Made by a program: the position numbers and the translations under genes
NCBI GenBank assembly: GCA_002245135.1
Contig: NGBS01001205.1
Span: 1-64,000 of the forward strand
Direction: 5' to 3'
Source of the DNA: Proteromonas lacertae
Taxonomy: Eukaryota
Length of the DNA: 64,000 nucleotides
Shown here: piece after piece, positions 45,561 through 58,775 of the stretch
Position numbering within the stretch: position 1 is the stretch's first letter
Layout: each line of letters opens with the position of its first letter
The notes under the pieces: model-generated
The model's database searches: none
What the model was told of the DNA's origin: nothing
What the model saw: the letters and a program-made list of their open reading frames with translations, nothing else

Positions 45561-45968
45561 TAAAAAATATAAGTATTATGCAATATTGTACAAGTAAGTT
45601 GCAAAACACTATAAGAAGAAATATATGTTGCAACAAGCAGTCGGCTTGAGTTTATCTTTATAAGTAATTGTTAGTTTGTTTATTTTTCAATCTCTATATA
45701 CTTTATAATACACATAAATTAGCACTAATACAAATTCCATTTCTATTTAATAAGCGTAATTTTTATACAATATATTAAGCATCAATAGCAATAGTAGAAA
45801 ATGAAATTAAGGTTGTAAAATAAATAGAACTTAATAACTTTAATTTATTAATACTTAATATTGAAATTGAAAAAGCAAGCTTAAAAAGGCATTAAATAGA
45901 ATAGAAGTTTTAAGAAACTGTGTTATAGATTCAGATGTTAAGAACTTAATAACTATTCATAAAGTACA

Positions 45969-46601
45969 TGCTGCTACGCAATGTTTGTCATAGTTGGCCG
46001 TTTGTCTACCAGACACATTTAAAACAAATTAAATGTATATTCTTACTTGTCTTGATGAAATATTGTTACTTTTATACTTACTTTGTTATGTGCCCTGCCT
46101 CTATAGTATACTTTTTTGTTAATATAAATAGTTTGAATATTTGCGCCGTTTGTTTTCTAGAACTTTTTGAAGCAAACTAAATACATATTTAACTAATATA
46201 GACTAAAATACATTAGATGAAATGATTAGTACAACTTAATGTTGATCCTAAGACATTTAAAATGAAAAAAGAAAATATAGAATCAAGCCTTACTCGAGCC
46301 TATTTTTTCATTTCTTTTTATATAGAATTTTATAATTAATATATTCTAATCATTTCAGCTAATGTATTTTAGTCTGCATTAGCTAAATATGCATTTAGTT
46401 TGCTTCAAAAATTTATAGAAAACAAAAGGCACAAATATTCAAACTATTTATATTAACAAAAAAGTATACTGCAGAGGTAGGTCATATAACAAAGTAAGTA
46501 TATAAGTAACAATATTTCATCAAGACAAGTAAGAATATACATTTAGTTTGTTTTAAAAGTGTCTAATAGACAAACGGCCAACTATGAAACGGCACACAAC
46601 A
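45969..46601. mobile_element. Fold-back element family B, degenerate left end
   Basis: GTTTGTCATAGTTGGCCGTTTGTCTACCAGACAC arm and the inverse ending CACAACA; centre TCAAGCCTTACTCGAGCC. Confidence 0.85.
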
Positions 46602-46851
46602 TTTTTTTATAAAATGTGCAATTTCTATAGTTGTTGTTAAAAAACGAAAAACTTGATGCAACAGAAAAGCTTGATTTAGTTTTTTCATTTTTCTATTATT
46701 TAGAAAAAATAATTACAGTTATTGAATAAAAATGGAATTTGTGTTGTTGCTAAATTATGTGTATTAAATAGTATAAAAATTCTCAAATACAAACAAACAA
46801 AAAATAATAATAAAAATTCGAACCTTCTATAAATAAGATATATTTTCTATT

Positions 46852-47847
46852 ATGAAGTATTTTAATATGAAGTTAATAATGTTTGTTTTTTTATTTATTA
46901 TAGTTGGGTATAAAATCAACAAGACAAATACTATTCATATAAATATTTACTATATGAAAAAATTATTTTTGATTAATACTAGTCTACATAATTGCGGAAA
47001 TCTAAAGTGCTATTTGTCAAAATATAATAATTCAAATTATAATGCTATTATTTATAGTATTAATGACATAAATGTGCAAATAAATAAAGATAAAAAAAGA
47101 ATATATATGTTATGCAACACAGAAGCTTTAAGTAGATGGAAAAACACAAAAAGAATTATTGATGGTAATAATGAAAAATTTGACGTTTTAATTAGTTATA
47201 AACTTCTCATATCAAAACATCATTTTTCATATCCATATTACAAGAATATTGACAATATTATTAATGATGGAAAAGAATCCATAAAGTCAATTGATAACTT
47301 TATGAAAAGAAAAGATATTGTGTTTATTTATAGACAACCATACAAAAATAGAAACAGATTGTGTGTCATGTTTGAAAAAAGGATGAAAGTAGATAAATAT
47401 GGCTTAGCATTTAAGAATCATCTTAAATGGCCTGATAATATAACCAATCAAAAATATTTATTAATAAGAAATTATAAATTCTGTTTGGCAATTGAAAATA
47501 CTATTAATCAAGTGAAATGGGGTCAACTACATTCAGATCCAATTGATGATGATTATGTAACAGAAAAATTATGGGATTGTATGAGAGGAGGATCAATTCC
47601 CATATATTTTGGAGCTAAAAATGTTGATAAATTTTATCCAACTAATTTTTCAATAATTAATGCAAAAGATTATAAAAACTACACAGAACTAATAAATTAT
47701 GTATATTCAATAAGAAATAATAAAACAATACTTGCACAGTATATTAACTGGCCTTACAATTATTCTAAAGAATGGTATAATAGAATGATAAAATTTTCCA
47801 CATCACCTTGTAAATTATGTAAATACATTAAAAATTATTATAATTGA
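46852..47847 (+). CDS. GT10 alpha-1,3/4-fucosyltransferase
   Basis: VDKYG, YKFCLAIEN, DYVTEKLWD, GSIPIYFG. Confidence 0.92.
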   Translation: MKYFNMKLIMFVFLFIIVGYKINKTNTIHINIYYMKKLFLINTSLHNCGNLKCYLSKYNNSNYNAIIYSINDINVQINKDKKRIYMLCNTEALSRWKNTKRIIDGNNEKFDVLISYKLLISKHHFSYPYYKNIDNIINDGKESIKSIDNFMKRKDIVFIYRQPYKNRNRLCVMFEKRMKVDKYGLAFKNHLKWPDNITNQKYLLIRNYKFCLAIENTINQVKWGQLHSDPIDDDYVTEKLWDCMRGGSIPIYFGAKNVDKFYPTNFSIINAKDYKNYTELINYVYSIRNNKTILAQYINWPYNYSKEWYNRMIKFSTSPCKLCKYIKNYYN

Positions 47848-47927
47848 TAATTAAAATAATATAAGGTAAGAGATTTTAGCATGTTTTAGCATATGTTTCA
47901 TTTTGTAAAGATCTCCAAATATATATG

Positions 47928-49196
47928 TCAAAATATAGAAGTTTCTAAATCACTAAACGACTTATTTGTTTGGTGTATTATACCAACTTCAAAATAAGGA
48001 ACATTACTATTATGTTCATTGGTAGATCTTAGCTCATCAATTAATCTATTTATATTACTAAGTCTAGTACCTATAAATGCAATACATCTTAGTGACAGTT
48101 GTATGTCACTAATCACGTTAAGTAAATGATTATTTTTCCAGTTATTATTTCCATCATTGTATCTAGAATAATTTAAATAAAACACGTTATAATCTGAATT
48201 TATAAAAGTATTTATTGTATTTCTATCATCAGTTGATAAATAAACATTAAATTTTCTTTTAATTAATCTGCGAAATAATTCTATTGCTACAAAATATTTC
48301 TTTGTATCAATTAACTTCATTTCAATATATTTATCTCCATGTCTTACCCATACATTAATGCAAGGATATTTATAGATGTTTTTGCAGTTAAAGTTACATT
48401 TTATTAAATTCTTAATTAGATTGTTTGAAGTGTCAATAGTTTTTGTGTTTAAATTATATATGTATTTTGATAGTTGTGTGTTCCAATAATGTCTATAATA
48501 TGATGGAGATATAGATGATAACTGTAGATATTTCTGAACTTTATGTGGAACAGGAGAAACGTTGTAGTTACAAATATTTGGTAGAACAAATTTTTCATTT
48601 CCGTATGCATCTTTTGATATATTTTTTATTATAGTATAGTATATACTACAATTTGACAATTGTAAAAAATATTTGCTAATATAAGTAGAATGAATTAATA
48701 CAACCCTATTCGTATTAATAGCCAATGAAAGATAACAACCAAAAGCATGAATAGCAGCACCAAAACCAAATTTCCAATTTGGTATAATTAAATAATTCTG
48801 ATTATCACATGAAATAGGATGTTGTGATTTAAAAATTATACTTTGAATAAAGTTAGTTCCTTCTAATTCATTAGAGAAGTTACTACAAACATATTTCCCT
48901 GATTTATATGATCTATGTGTTTTTATTTCTCCATTATTATAGCATATAATATAATGAGATATATGTAATATTGTTTCGCATAGCTGACAATCTGAAGAAT
49001 CTAACAACCTTTTATAATATTCATATCCATTTGTGTTTACATTATATATTATATTTGAACTGTTACAGTTTTCACGATTTATTATTCTCTTACATTCTTT
49101 GTATATGAAACTAAAATTTATGTTGTTTTTAATTTTTATGATATGATAAAATATTACACAAATGAATGTAATAATTAAAATGACTATACATTTCAT
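47928..49196 (-). CDS. GT23 alpha-1,6-fucosyltransferase-like
   Basis: GFGAAIH, VWVRHGDKYIE, VYLSTDD, FIGTRLSNINRLIDELR. Confidence 0.85.
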   Translation of the reverse strand: MKCIVILIITFICVIFYHIIKIKNNINFSFIYKECKRIINRENCNSSNIIYNVNTNGYEYYKRLLDSSDCQLCETILHISHYIICYNNGEIKTHRSYKSGKYVCSNFSNELEGTNFIQSIIFKSQHPISCDNQNYLIIPNWKFGFGAAIHAFGCYLSLAINTNRVVLIHSTYISKYFLQLSNCSIYYTIIKNISKDAYGNEKFVLPNICNYNVSPVPHKVQKYLQLSSISPSYYRHYWNTQLSKYIYNLNTKTIDTSNNLIKNLIKCNFNCKNIYKYPCINVWVRHGDKYIEMKLIDTKKYFVAIELFRRLIKRKFNVYLSTDDRNTINTFINSDYNVFYLNYSRYNDGNNNWKNNHLLNVISDIQLSLRCIAFIGTRLSNINRLIDELRSTNEHNSNVPYFEVGIIHQTNKSFSDLETSIF

Positions 49197-49387
49197 TAGT
49201 TTTCCATAATCAACCTCTTAATCTCATCAAAATTCTTTGTTGATTATGGTATATAATATTCATATAACATTTATAGACAATGCTTTACTTAAATTTAAGC
49301 AAAACTACAGTAATTTCTTCAATGTGCAACCTTGGTCATGAACATTGAGACTAAAATACACAACCAAGGTGAGGAGTACTGCATAGG

Positions 49388-49444
49388 CTTGTTTTAAAAG
49401 TGTCTAATAGACAAACGGCCAACTATGACAAACGGCGCACAGCA
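49388..49444. mobile_element. Solo family B terminus
   Basis: TTGTTTTAAAAGTGTCTAATAGACAAACGGCCAACTATGACAAACGGCGCACAGCA, ending 12 bp before the acyltransferase ATG. Confidence 0.8.
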
Positions 49445-49456
49445 GTTTATATAAAT

Positions 49457-51255
49457 ATGGAATTTAGAAACGATATACAAGAAATCAGAGCAATTGCTTT
49501 TTTATTAGTTTTTATTTATCATCTTAATGATAAAATAATACCAGGAGGTTTTATAGGTGTAGATATCTTTTTTGTTATATCTGGTTTTATAATATCACAA
49601 TCTATTTTTAAACTATATGCTAATTATACAGGACTATATGTGTTTTATTCAAGAAGGATTAAAAGACTATTTCCAAGTAGTATTATTTGTTTGTTGTGTT
49701 ATTATTTTTATCACCCTACTGTTACTAAAAATAGCAATGAAGAATTACAACTCTATCATGATATTATATCAGCATTATTATGTTTATCAAATGTTAGGTT
49801 TTATAGAATTACTAAGAGTTATTTTCAAAGTGAAAAGAAATCTATTATTATTAATTATTGGTCTTTATCCCTAGAAGAACAATTTTATATTTTATATCCT
49901 ATTATATATTTCTGTTCTAGAATATTTTATTATTTTAATATTTTGGGATTAGTTATAAGTTTATGTTGTTGTATTATTAATACATATTCAGATGATTCCT
50001 CATCTTATTATTTGTTACACAATAGAGTATGGGAAATATTGCTAGGATGCATAGTCAGTAAATCTCACCACATTTACTCTTTAAATCCTCAATTAGTATT
50101 ATATATAATAATTATATCATCTTATGTAATTGGAATATATACCATTTTAATATTCCCAGGATTTATAGCATTATTTCCAACATTATTAACATCATTATTA
50201 TTAATCCAAAAGAATAAAACACTATATAACTCCAAAATATTATTACAAATTGGAAACATGTCTTATATATTATATTTGTTTCACTATCCCATTATACAGA
50301 ATAACAAAAAATATTATATTATTGTGAGTAAACTTATTATAATTACATACATGATATACTCATATATAGAACTACCTGTAAGAAATTTTAATAATTTCAA
50401 TTATATAAATATATCATGTTTTATTTCATTATATTTGTTTATAATAACTCTCCGTTATTCAATAAGAAATAGTAGAAAAGAAAAAATGATAAATATATAT
50501 AATGCAACTACATTTTGTACAGCAAAGCAGTGTAATAATTATACAACTCAGCTAATTCAAAAAACCCTTTTACTAATAGGTGATTCTCACCTGCTTCAAT
50601 ATTTATATGTAATTATAAAAGTAGTAAGTAATTATAATATAAATAATATCCTTATTATATTAACATGGATAATAAATATAGAGAAAAATTACATATCTAT
50701 TTCAAATTTCATTAAAAGCTTAAATAATGTTAAGATGTGTATGATATCGTTATATGTAGATTATGCTTTTCAGTTTGCAGATAAAAAGACATTTGAAAAA
50801 GGATTTATATATATTATTGAAAATATATTAAATTTAACTAAAGGTATAATTATATTTCAAGATAATATAATTACATATATACTTAATAATACAAAAAATA
50901 TTTACTTCCTATATTAAACAATAAAAAAATTACATATATAGATATTTTTAATTCATATTGCAAAGGAAAGGAACACTGTTTAGATAATATATATTCTAAA
51001 ACTATTTTTATGGACATGAATCATTTAAATAAAGAATTTGTATGTAAATCAGTATTAATCTTTAAACTAATAAATGAAGCAGTAGAAATATATTTAAATA
51101 AAACTAATTACATAGATGTGGAATGTTATTTATTAGATATCAAGACATATTCCAAATATAACTCAGCCATATTAAAGAAATATAATATAATTACAATGAA
51201 AAATATTAGGAGTAATATGTTTGGTTTTATTCATATGCCAAGTTTCAATTATTAA
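49457..51255 (+). CDS. Acyltransferase-3 + SGNH O-acetyltransferase, disrupted near 50917
   Basis: MEFRNDIQEIR, GGFIGVDIFFVISGF, YWSLSLEEQFY, GDSH. The DxxH motif (DMNH) lies in separate ORF 51010-51255. Confidence 0.82.
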
Positions 51256-51399
51256 TAAGACTAAATTAGTTCAAACCTAACAAATTTAGTAAAAATGAAT
51301 ATTTACTTTACCAGAAGGTGAATTAGATATATTTCTTCCAATGGAAACTCAATAGATAAAAATGCAATAAAGGTGTTGAACTGAGTGAAGTAGATTGTT

Positions 51400-51625
51400 C
51401 TAAATAATTAATTGAAACAAAATAATATTTCTTTTGCTCTTTTGTAAGATATATATGGACTGTAATCTTAATATCATTCTCCTTATTAAGCTTCCTGTAA
51501 TAAAATATCCTGACAAAGTAAAGAAAATATCAACACCTATAAATCCTCCCTTAAAATACTTATTCTTTTGATGAAAGTAAAAAACAAAAATCATTGCAAA
51601 AAATCGAACAGATTGTTATTATTTC
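51400..51625 (-). pseudogene. Truncated N-terminal fragment of a further acyltransferase-3 gene
   Basis: VFYFH..KGGFIGVDIFFTLSGYFIT, then the similarity ends. Confidence 0.7.
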
Positions 51626-53349
51626 TTAACAACCTCTGTAGTAGTATTTTCCATGAATATAAAAATTACACAATTTTATTGTTTTCTTTTCTTTCATCTT
51701 AATATTTAGTGTTTGTGAAAATATTATATTGAAATCATTACAAAATTTTGATGTAAAGAGAGGTGATAAATGTGAAGCTGTATCATACACACTTATTCTA
51801 TTTATTATACATTTGCATATGCCATTTTTACATATATCATTATTGAAAGAAATATAAAGTGTGTTATTAATTTCAGGTATAAATTTACGATGTAAAGTGC
51901 AATTAATACCATCTACCATATAGCAGTATTTGCTATGATGTTCATAACATTGTAAACATATATTATTATTCTTTAGCTTAGGACTATCTTCAATAAAAAT
52001 TGATTTAGGAATAAATGAGTTATAATATTTTATCATATTAACAATTTTTGATGTTATTGTATTAATATTATCACTCATGTCATGTATTACAAAACCGAAA
52101 ATTACTAACATCCAATGAACGTTATTATTATTAAAGTACTTATTATAAATTACCATATAATCATCAACATATAAGTGAAAGTAAAAATAATGCATCATTA
52201 TACCTTTAGATCGAATATAAGGAAGCATTGCAGGAATCCATTGTTCTAAATGAGAATCTCCAACCAATAATATATTTCTATTTGATAGAACATCTTTTTT
52301 TGTCAAATGACAGTGGCTACACCATAATTTAATTGATGCTTTGTTACTCTGTCTCACAATATTTATATTCTCATCTATTTTTTTTGTAGATATAATGTCT
52401 CTAATTTTAATCCATACCAATATAAAGCATATAGTTATAATTATTATAATAAATCTACCATATTTTCTAATATTGTTTTCTATAAAGTAATCATTAATTA
52501 CTGCAGTAAATAGTGAATAAATAATTCCATTTACAACTTTATAATTGTTGTTGCAATAAATATAATGATATAAATATAACGAATATGATATTTTTCCAAA
52601 GAAAATCATTGTTTTATTTATCACCATGCCATCATTTATTAGTATGTAATTATTACATACGTTACTAGATATTATAGATACTACTATGATATTTATAATT
52701 ATATAATAGAGTTTATAAATATTCAAAATAATAATTAGAAATATTGCTAAATAGGTGTTGATATTAATTTTGAATTTTGTTATTATTGAAAGTAAATAAT
52801 ACCAGATTCTAATTAAAGTATTATAATAATAATAATTATCTACACAATATAATTCACAAATCAAATCATATGAAAATGAAAGAATAATAACAATATAAAA
52901 TATAAATTCGTTTATATTCATTCCTTTGAGTAATAAAAGAATAATGTATAGTTGAAATATAACAGAAATATACCATAGATGAAGGAAAGATGAATTATTC
53001 TCTTTTAGAAAATAATCACTACCGCTATATATCAATCTAACATTAAAAGTAAATGTTAATGCACATAATATATCAATCACTTCTTTTTCATTAATTATAT
53101 TTTGTTTAGTAATATATAATGTAATGATTAATAAAAATAAGTAATAACTAGGAGATATTCTTTTGTATCTAGAGAGGATGCTTTTTAATAATGAATTATC
53201 GGACTTAGTAAATGATAAATATCCTGATATATTTATAAATACAATTACACCAACATAACCATATTTAAATACTGATATATTACTATGATAAAAACAATAA
53301 ATAGAATTGAATAACCTTTTAATACTTCTAAATCATTTCTATAATTCAT
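51626..53349 (-). CDS. Acyltransferase-3 + SGNH O-acetyltransferase; 1-nt frameshift near 53290
   Basis: MNYRNDLEVLKG, YGYVGV..ISGY, FLHLWYISV, ISYSLYLYHY, GDSH, DTASH. Confidence 0.82.
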
Positions 53350-53517
53350 ATAATTTTCTTAATACCACTAATTAAGTTTGGCATTTCTGTGGTTATATAA
53401 ATAATGTCTGTAATATATTATTTTGTTTTTAATGTTTTGATAACCACATTTGTCGAAACAGTAAGAATAGCACCTATGTCTGTCATTCACTACTAGAGAT
53501 TATGAACTGTTGTTGTG

Positions 53518-54154
53518 TGTTGTTCCCCGTATGGCGGAAATCCCCGTATGGCGGAACTCTATATTCCAGAATGATTCAATCAAAACTAATATGATATTCA
53601 TGATGTTCGGAGTTAGTTATTAACAAATATATAGTTAGTTTGTCATATGACCTACATCTGTGATATACTTATTTATGAACTTCATTGTTCTCAATATTAA
53701 ACTAATTTTCTTATATTTTCTATTTTAATGTATCATTGACTACTATAGTCTAAAATACATTATTTGATATGAAAAGAATACAATAATTTTAATGTTAAGG
53801 CAGTAAAAATAAATTTAACAACTGGCTTGAGAGAGGCTTGAATATATTTTTTCTTTTTTCTGTTTTCTGTACTTTAACATAAAAAATAATGTATTCTATT
53901 TATATCAGATAATGTATTTTAGACTGTAGTAGTCAATGATACATTAAAATAGAAAATATACAAAAATTAGTTTAATATTGAGAATAATGAAGTTCATAAA
54001 AAAGTATATCACAGATGTAGGTCATATGACAAACTAACTATATATTTGTTAATAACTAACTCCGAACATCATGAATATCATATTAGTTTTGATTGAATCA
54101 TTCTGGAATATAGAGTTCCGCCATACGGGGATTTCCGCCATACGGGGAACAACA
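53518..54154. mobile_element. Fold-back element family A, copy 3
   Basis: Both termini intact with doubled CCCCGTATGGCGGAA; centre is the reverse complement of copy 2; no TSD seen. Confidence 0.9.
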
Positions 54155-54202
54155 CTTTCCACACATCTAATAACAAATCTCACATTCTACTATTCATCTT
54201 TA

Positions 54203-54400
54203 CTAGTTTTCCACTCTTCCACCTCTTTCTTTCGGTACTACCGAATCGGTAGTAATGTATTGCTTTAAAATGTTATTCACTGAAGAGCGACTAACGTTGA
54301 ACACTCTTGCAGCTTCCTCTGTTGATTTACTCTCTTCAATACAATATCTGACCATCATTTTTCTAATATTCACTTCTATGGCATTTCCTTTAGCTGGCAT
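54203..54400 (-). pseudogene. N-terminal HTH of an IS630/Tc1-like transposase
   Basis: STEEAARVFNVSRSSVNNILKQYITTDSVVPKERGG matches the paired-like HTH plus GRPR-like linker pattern. Confidence 0.65.
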
Positions 54401-54982
54401 CTATTTAAAAATATATATTATTGTTATACAAGCGCAAAAATAAAGATATGTTTTTATATTCAGCGATATTCTTATATACATCGATAGCAATCATTTATAC
54501 TGTAAACTACAAAATACAGGAGGTTTATAAACTTTGTAATAATGTCATTTACAGATAATAATTCTAGTTGATTGAATTTAGTAGATTTGGATTAAAATAT
54601 GGTGAAAATAGTAAATCATATTACTACTGTAGTAAATAATATTTTAGATTAACAAACTACTAAAATTATGATTATTATATATTCTTTTATAGAATATTTT
54701 TTAAACAAAATTAAGTCTGATATGATTAACCAAACTCACTTGATACCAATATAAATCTATAAATGTTTAAGAAGAAATATGTACCCCAAAATAAAAAAGG
54801 GAAAAGAGAATAAATAAGTCTACTTCAGTGTTTTCCTAAGGCTTAAGCCTAGGAGAAAAAAAAGACAAAGGAATGGAGAGAAAGTAAAAGGACTTCCTTT
54901 GCTAAACTCAGTTGGAATAGTAAGTGGATCATCAACATAAAAAATAAGAATAAAACTTGAATTATAATAATTAATCTCATTT

Positions 54983-57669
54983 TCACTTTCTTCTCTTATG
55001 ACCATTAGGTACAACTTCATAAACTGCCCATCTTCTATTATTATCTTGACCTGATGGTTTGCTTTCACTACATAAATTATCTACACAACCACACGATTTT
55101 GATCTATCATCATTGCAAGGTCTTTCACATCCACCATTGTTCTTTGGACGATCTGGAGTACTTAATAACTTATTAAATACGAAACTATGACCATCAGAAT
55201 ATGCTTTAGCTATTCCAAAATATCGTTTATTCATTCGAATTGCATCACCTTTTGCTAATTCGAAATTTGCACCACTTGCTCCTCCTATATATTGTTTATC
55301 TTCACTAAATTCATTCTCATCTGTATAACAACCTACATATTTTACTCTCACATTATCTTCATCATTCTTTCGTCCATTATAAATCTTATAACTTTCACTC
55401 ACTTTCTTTTCTAATTGATTAGTGTGAATGAAATTTTCAGGTTTTTTCACTTTAAATATTCTCAATATCCAATGTTCACTGGTAAATGCTTCATCAAAAT
55501 ATCTTAATTTTATATTCTTTACACCAACTTCAGCTTGTCTAACCATATCATAACCAGCTGGTCTTGATGGATGAATTCGAACTTCACCAAATCTATAATA
55601 ACTCAATTTATACATCAAACAATTCTTCATTGTTTCAGAAGCACCAGCATCAATTCGATATTGACCATCAGCAAAGTAATTTGGTTCTTGAATCTCATCA
55701 GGATATACACCACCACCTATTCGAACCATCCATAAGAATTTATTAACATCATCACTACTATAACCACTATAACCACCAAATACAACTAATACATAATCTA
55801 CATCTAAACTCAGAATGATTGGATATGCTTTATCTTCAGCTGAACTCATTGCTCTTCCTACTGTAGCTATGTGAGTATTATTCCAAGTATTATTATCAAC
55901 AATTACTGTTCGATTACCCATTCCTGCCATTTGATATCCATAATCCCACCAACTCATGAATTTAGCATTCGGATCAGTATTCATTCTCATCCAATAATAA
56001 GCTTCTCGGAAATCATCTAAGATTACTCGACTTCCATCACTTCTACGACTGGCTAATACAATTGAAGGAGAACTGTAAGCTTCTGCTGCTACATATACTG
56101 CATGAAATCCATATAATACCATAAAGAATGCCATTGTACCTATCACAGTTGTAGCTACTAATGTTGAACTATTTTCTGAATTAGATATTGATCCATCATT
56201 GTTATTGTTCTTTTTATCTTTTCTAGACATTGATTTATAAGTACTTTGTACATTGTATTTGATTATTGCTGAGAATTTTCTCAAAACTGCACTAAATCCA
56301 ATAGATGCTAAGATACAAGCAGCTGGAGCTAAAGTCAACATTAATCTAACCATCACACCTGCAAAATACCAAGATAATGTTCCATAGAGAATAAGGAAAA
56401 TTGTACCATCACTCACTTCATCAAATAGTAAATACAGACCTAATGGAGCTACAGGAACTAAAATATGTAAATCAAAGAAGAAACTAGACCAAGTGGTTGG
56501 TTGATGTTCTGATACTGAAGCAATAATTGGAATATATTTCTTTGCATAAGTTGGATCTAATAATGTTAAACTACGACCAGTCCATTGAGTTCGACCTGTT
56601 AATTGTAAGAATATTAAACCACCTCCTACAAATCCAATTATTATTAAGAATACTAATCTTACTAAAGTATTGAATAATTTATCTGTTAATTTCTCTTTTA
56701 ATGTTAAAGTAAACATATATACTATATATATATATTATATTATTATATTCATTATATATATACATTGTAATAAGATGAAAATACCATGAGAAGCAGCACA
56801 TTCAGCTTGTTGAATTACATTAAATCCAACAAATGGTACTTGCATTGCCAATAATGATCCTAATACATAAAATACACTGTATGCAGTGTATAATCTATTA
56901 CCACATCTACCTGCTAATATCATTACTAATACATATATTGGTATAATATTAATAATGAATATATAACCACCCCAAGATGCTACCATATAGAAGTAAGATA
57001 ATGCACACATTGCACTCCATATTAAACTACCTGTATTTACAGCTTTAACCCATAAATAGAAGCAGAATATCAATGCAAAGATAGCTACACCTTCATTATC
57101 ATAACTACCTCCTACTGATCTTGAGATATAAGATGGAACAATGGCAATAAATGCTGCTCCTAATAATGCAGTGTTTGATCTGGTTGTTGCTTCTTTGATT
57201 AATAGGTATGTTGCAATGGCACAGTTTGATGCGAATATTGGAGCTAAAAACACACACATGTTTCTCACGTTGATTGAAATGTTGATGAAATTGAGAAGAT
57301 AATGCATTACAGCTGCTGTTGCCATTAATCCAGGGTAAATAGTACCTCCTACAACACGTCCTAATGGATACCAACTACGATTGTCAAACCAATTTAAGAA
57401 TTCAAAGAATCCTCCAAAAGTCAAAAATTTGGTTGTTCTGTAGTTGAAATAAGGATCATATTCATGGATAACCTATAGAATGACAAATATTATAGAGTGT
57501 AACATACACTTTCCCATCTAACAACAGCAAATAATCTAACTGCAAAAGCGATGATACAGATGAGTCCAAGAATGAAATATTCAAAAAATGAAACGAATCC
57601 TGTCTGCACTGTCTCAACTAAAGAGTCATCACTTGATTTTTCTTCTGCTTTCTTCGTTTTACTCTGCAT
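54983..57669 (-). CDS. STT3: Oligosaccharyltransferase catalytic subunit STT3 with a Cys-rich WSC-like C-terminal extension
   Basis: IHEYDPYFNYR, GSYDNE, SVSEHQPT, WWDYGYQ, DNNTWNNTHI, DDVNKFLWM; two short introns. Confidence 0.96.
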
Positions 57670-57798
57670 AGTCGACTATAAAAAGATAATATGATAGTAA
57701 AATGCAAAAAAAGAATTTTATAAGTGATAATAAAGCATATATACTCAAAAAATGAAAAATGGACGAAAAAATCAGAAAATTGCATTTATTCACTTATA

Positions 57799-58684
57799 AT
57801 GAATAATTCAGATGAATCAGAGTCACAAAAGCGCAAATATACAGTATTTACATTATCATTGTTCGATCTATGGTGTATATATAGGAAGATATAGGCATTC
57901 ACGGAAGGCCAATGAAGAAATTCTATCGTCAAAGAGCCCATTGCAATCCATTATCACATAATGACGCATTTGAATAGTATAAGATATATTTTTATATCTT
58001 AGTCCTGTTAATCCAAAAGAAATGAGATGGAACGAGTTTTATCCAAACATACCAGGTATTTGTAATAATTTTAGTGATATAGATGCTGGAGATAAAATCA
58101 CAATTCTTGATATAGGTTGTGGATTTGGTGGTTTGTTAGTCACTTTAGCTCCTGAGTTTCCAGAAACATGCATATTAGGTTTAGAAATAAGACACAAAGT
58201 GACTGAATATGTTCACGATAGAATAGATAATCTCAGAGACACAAATAAAGAATCAAATATGTATCAAAACATATCAGTCATCAAAACAAATGCTATGAAA
58301 TACTTGCCAAACTATATAAATAAAAATCAATTAGAAAAAATATTCATTTGCTTTGCTGATCCTCATTTTAAAGAGAATAATCATAGAAGAAGAATAGTAA
58401 GTCCTGTTTTACTAACAGAGTATTCTTATTTCCTAAAACCACACGGTAGAATATATACAATCACTGATGTTAAAGATTTGAATGATTGGTATATCGAACA
58501 TGGAACTAAGCACCCTAATTTTAGAATTGTTCCAGAATCTGAGCATTCTTCAGATAAATGTGTTAAGTTGATGATGAATTCTACGGAGGAAGGTAAGAAG
58601 GTTGAAAGAAATAAAGGAAGTAAATATGTAACAGTTTTTGAAAGATTAAGTGATGAAGATATTCCTTGTTCGTTTTTGTCATAA
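57799..58684 (+). CDS. TRM8: tRNA (guanine-N7)-methyltransferase
   Basis: KKFYRQRAHCNPL, LDIGCGFGG, GLEIR, NAMKYLPN, DPHFK, TEEGKKVERN. Confidence 0.95.
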
Positions 58685-58775
58685 TAAATTATTATAACTA
58701 TTTATATGCTTGTTATATATATATATTTGCAGTAATACATTATATATAAATAAATAAAGAAAATTAATGATTAAT

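Noticed and set aside
11524..54154. A2 and A3 as the two ends of one 42-kb composite transposon
   Set aside because: A2 has its own TSD on both sides, and the outer flanks (TACAAC vs CTTTCC) do not match.
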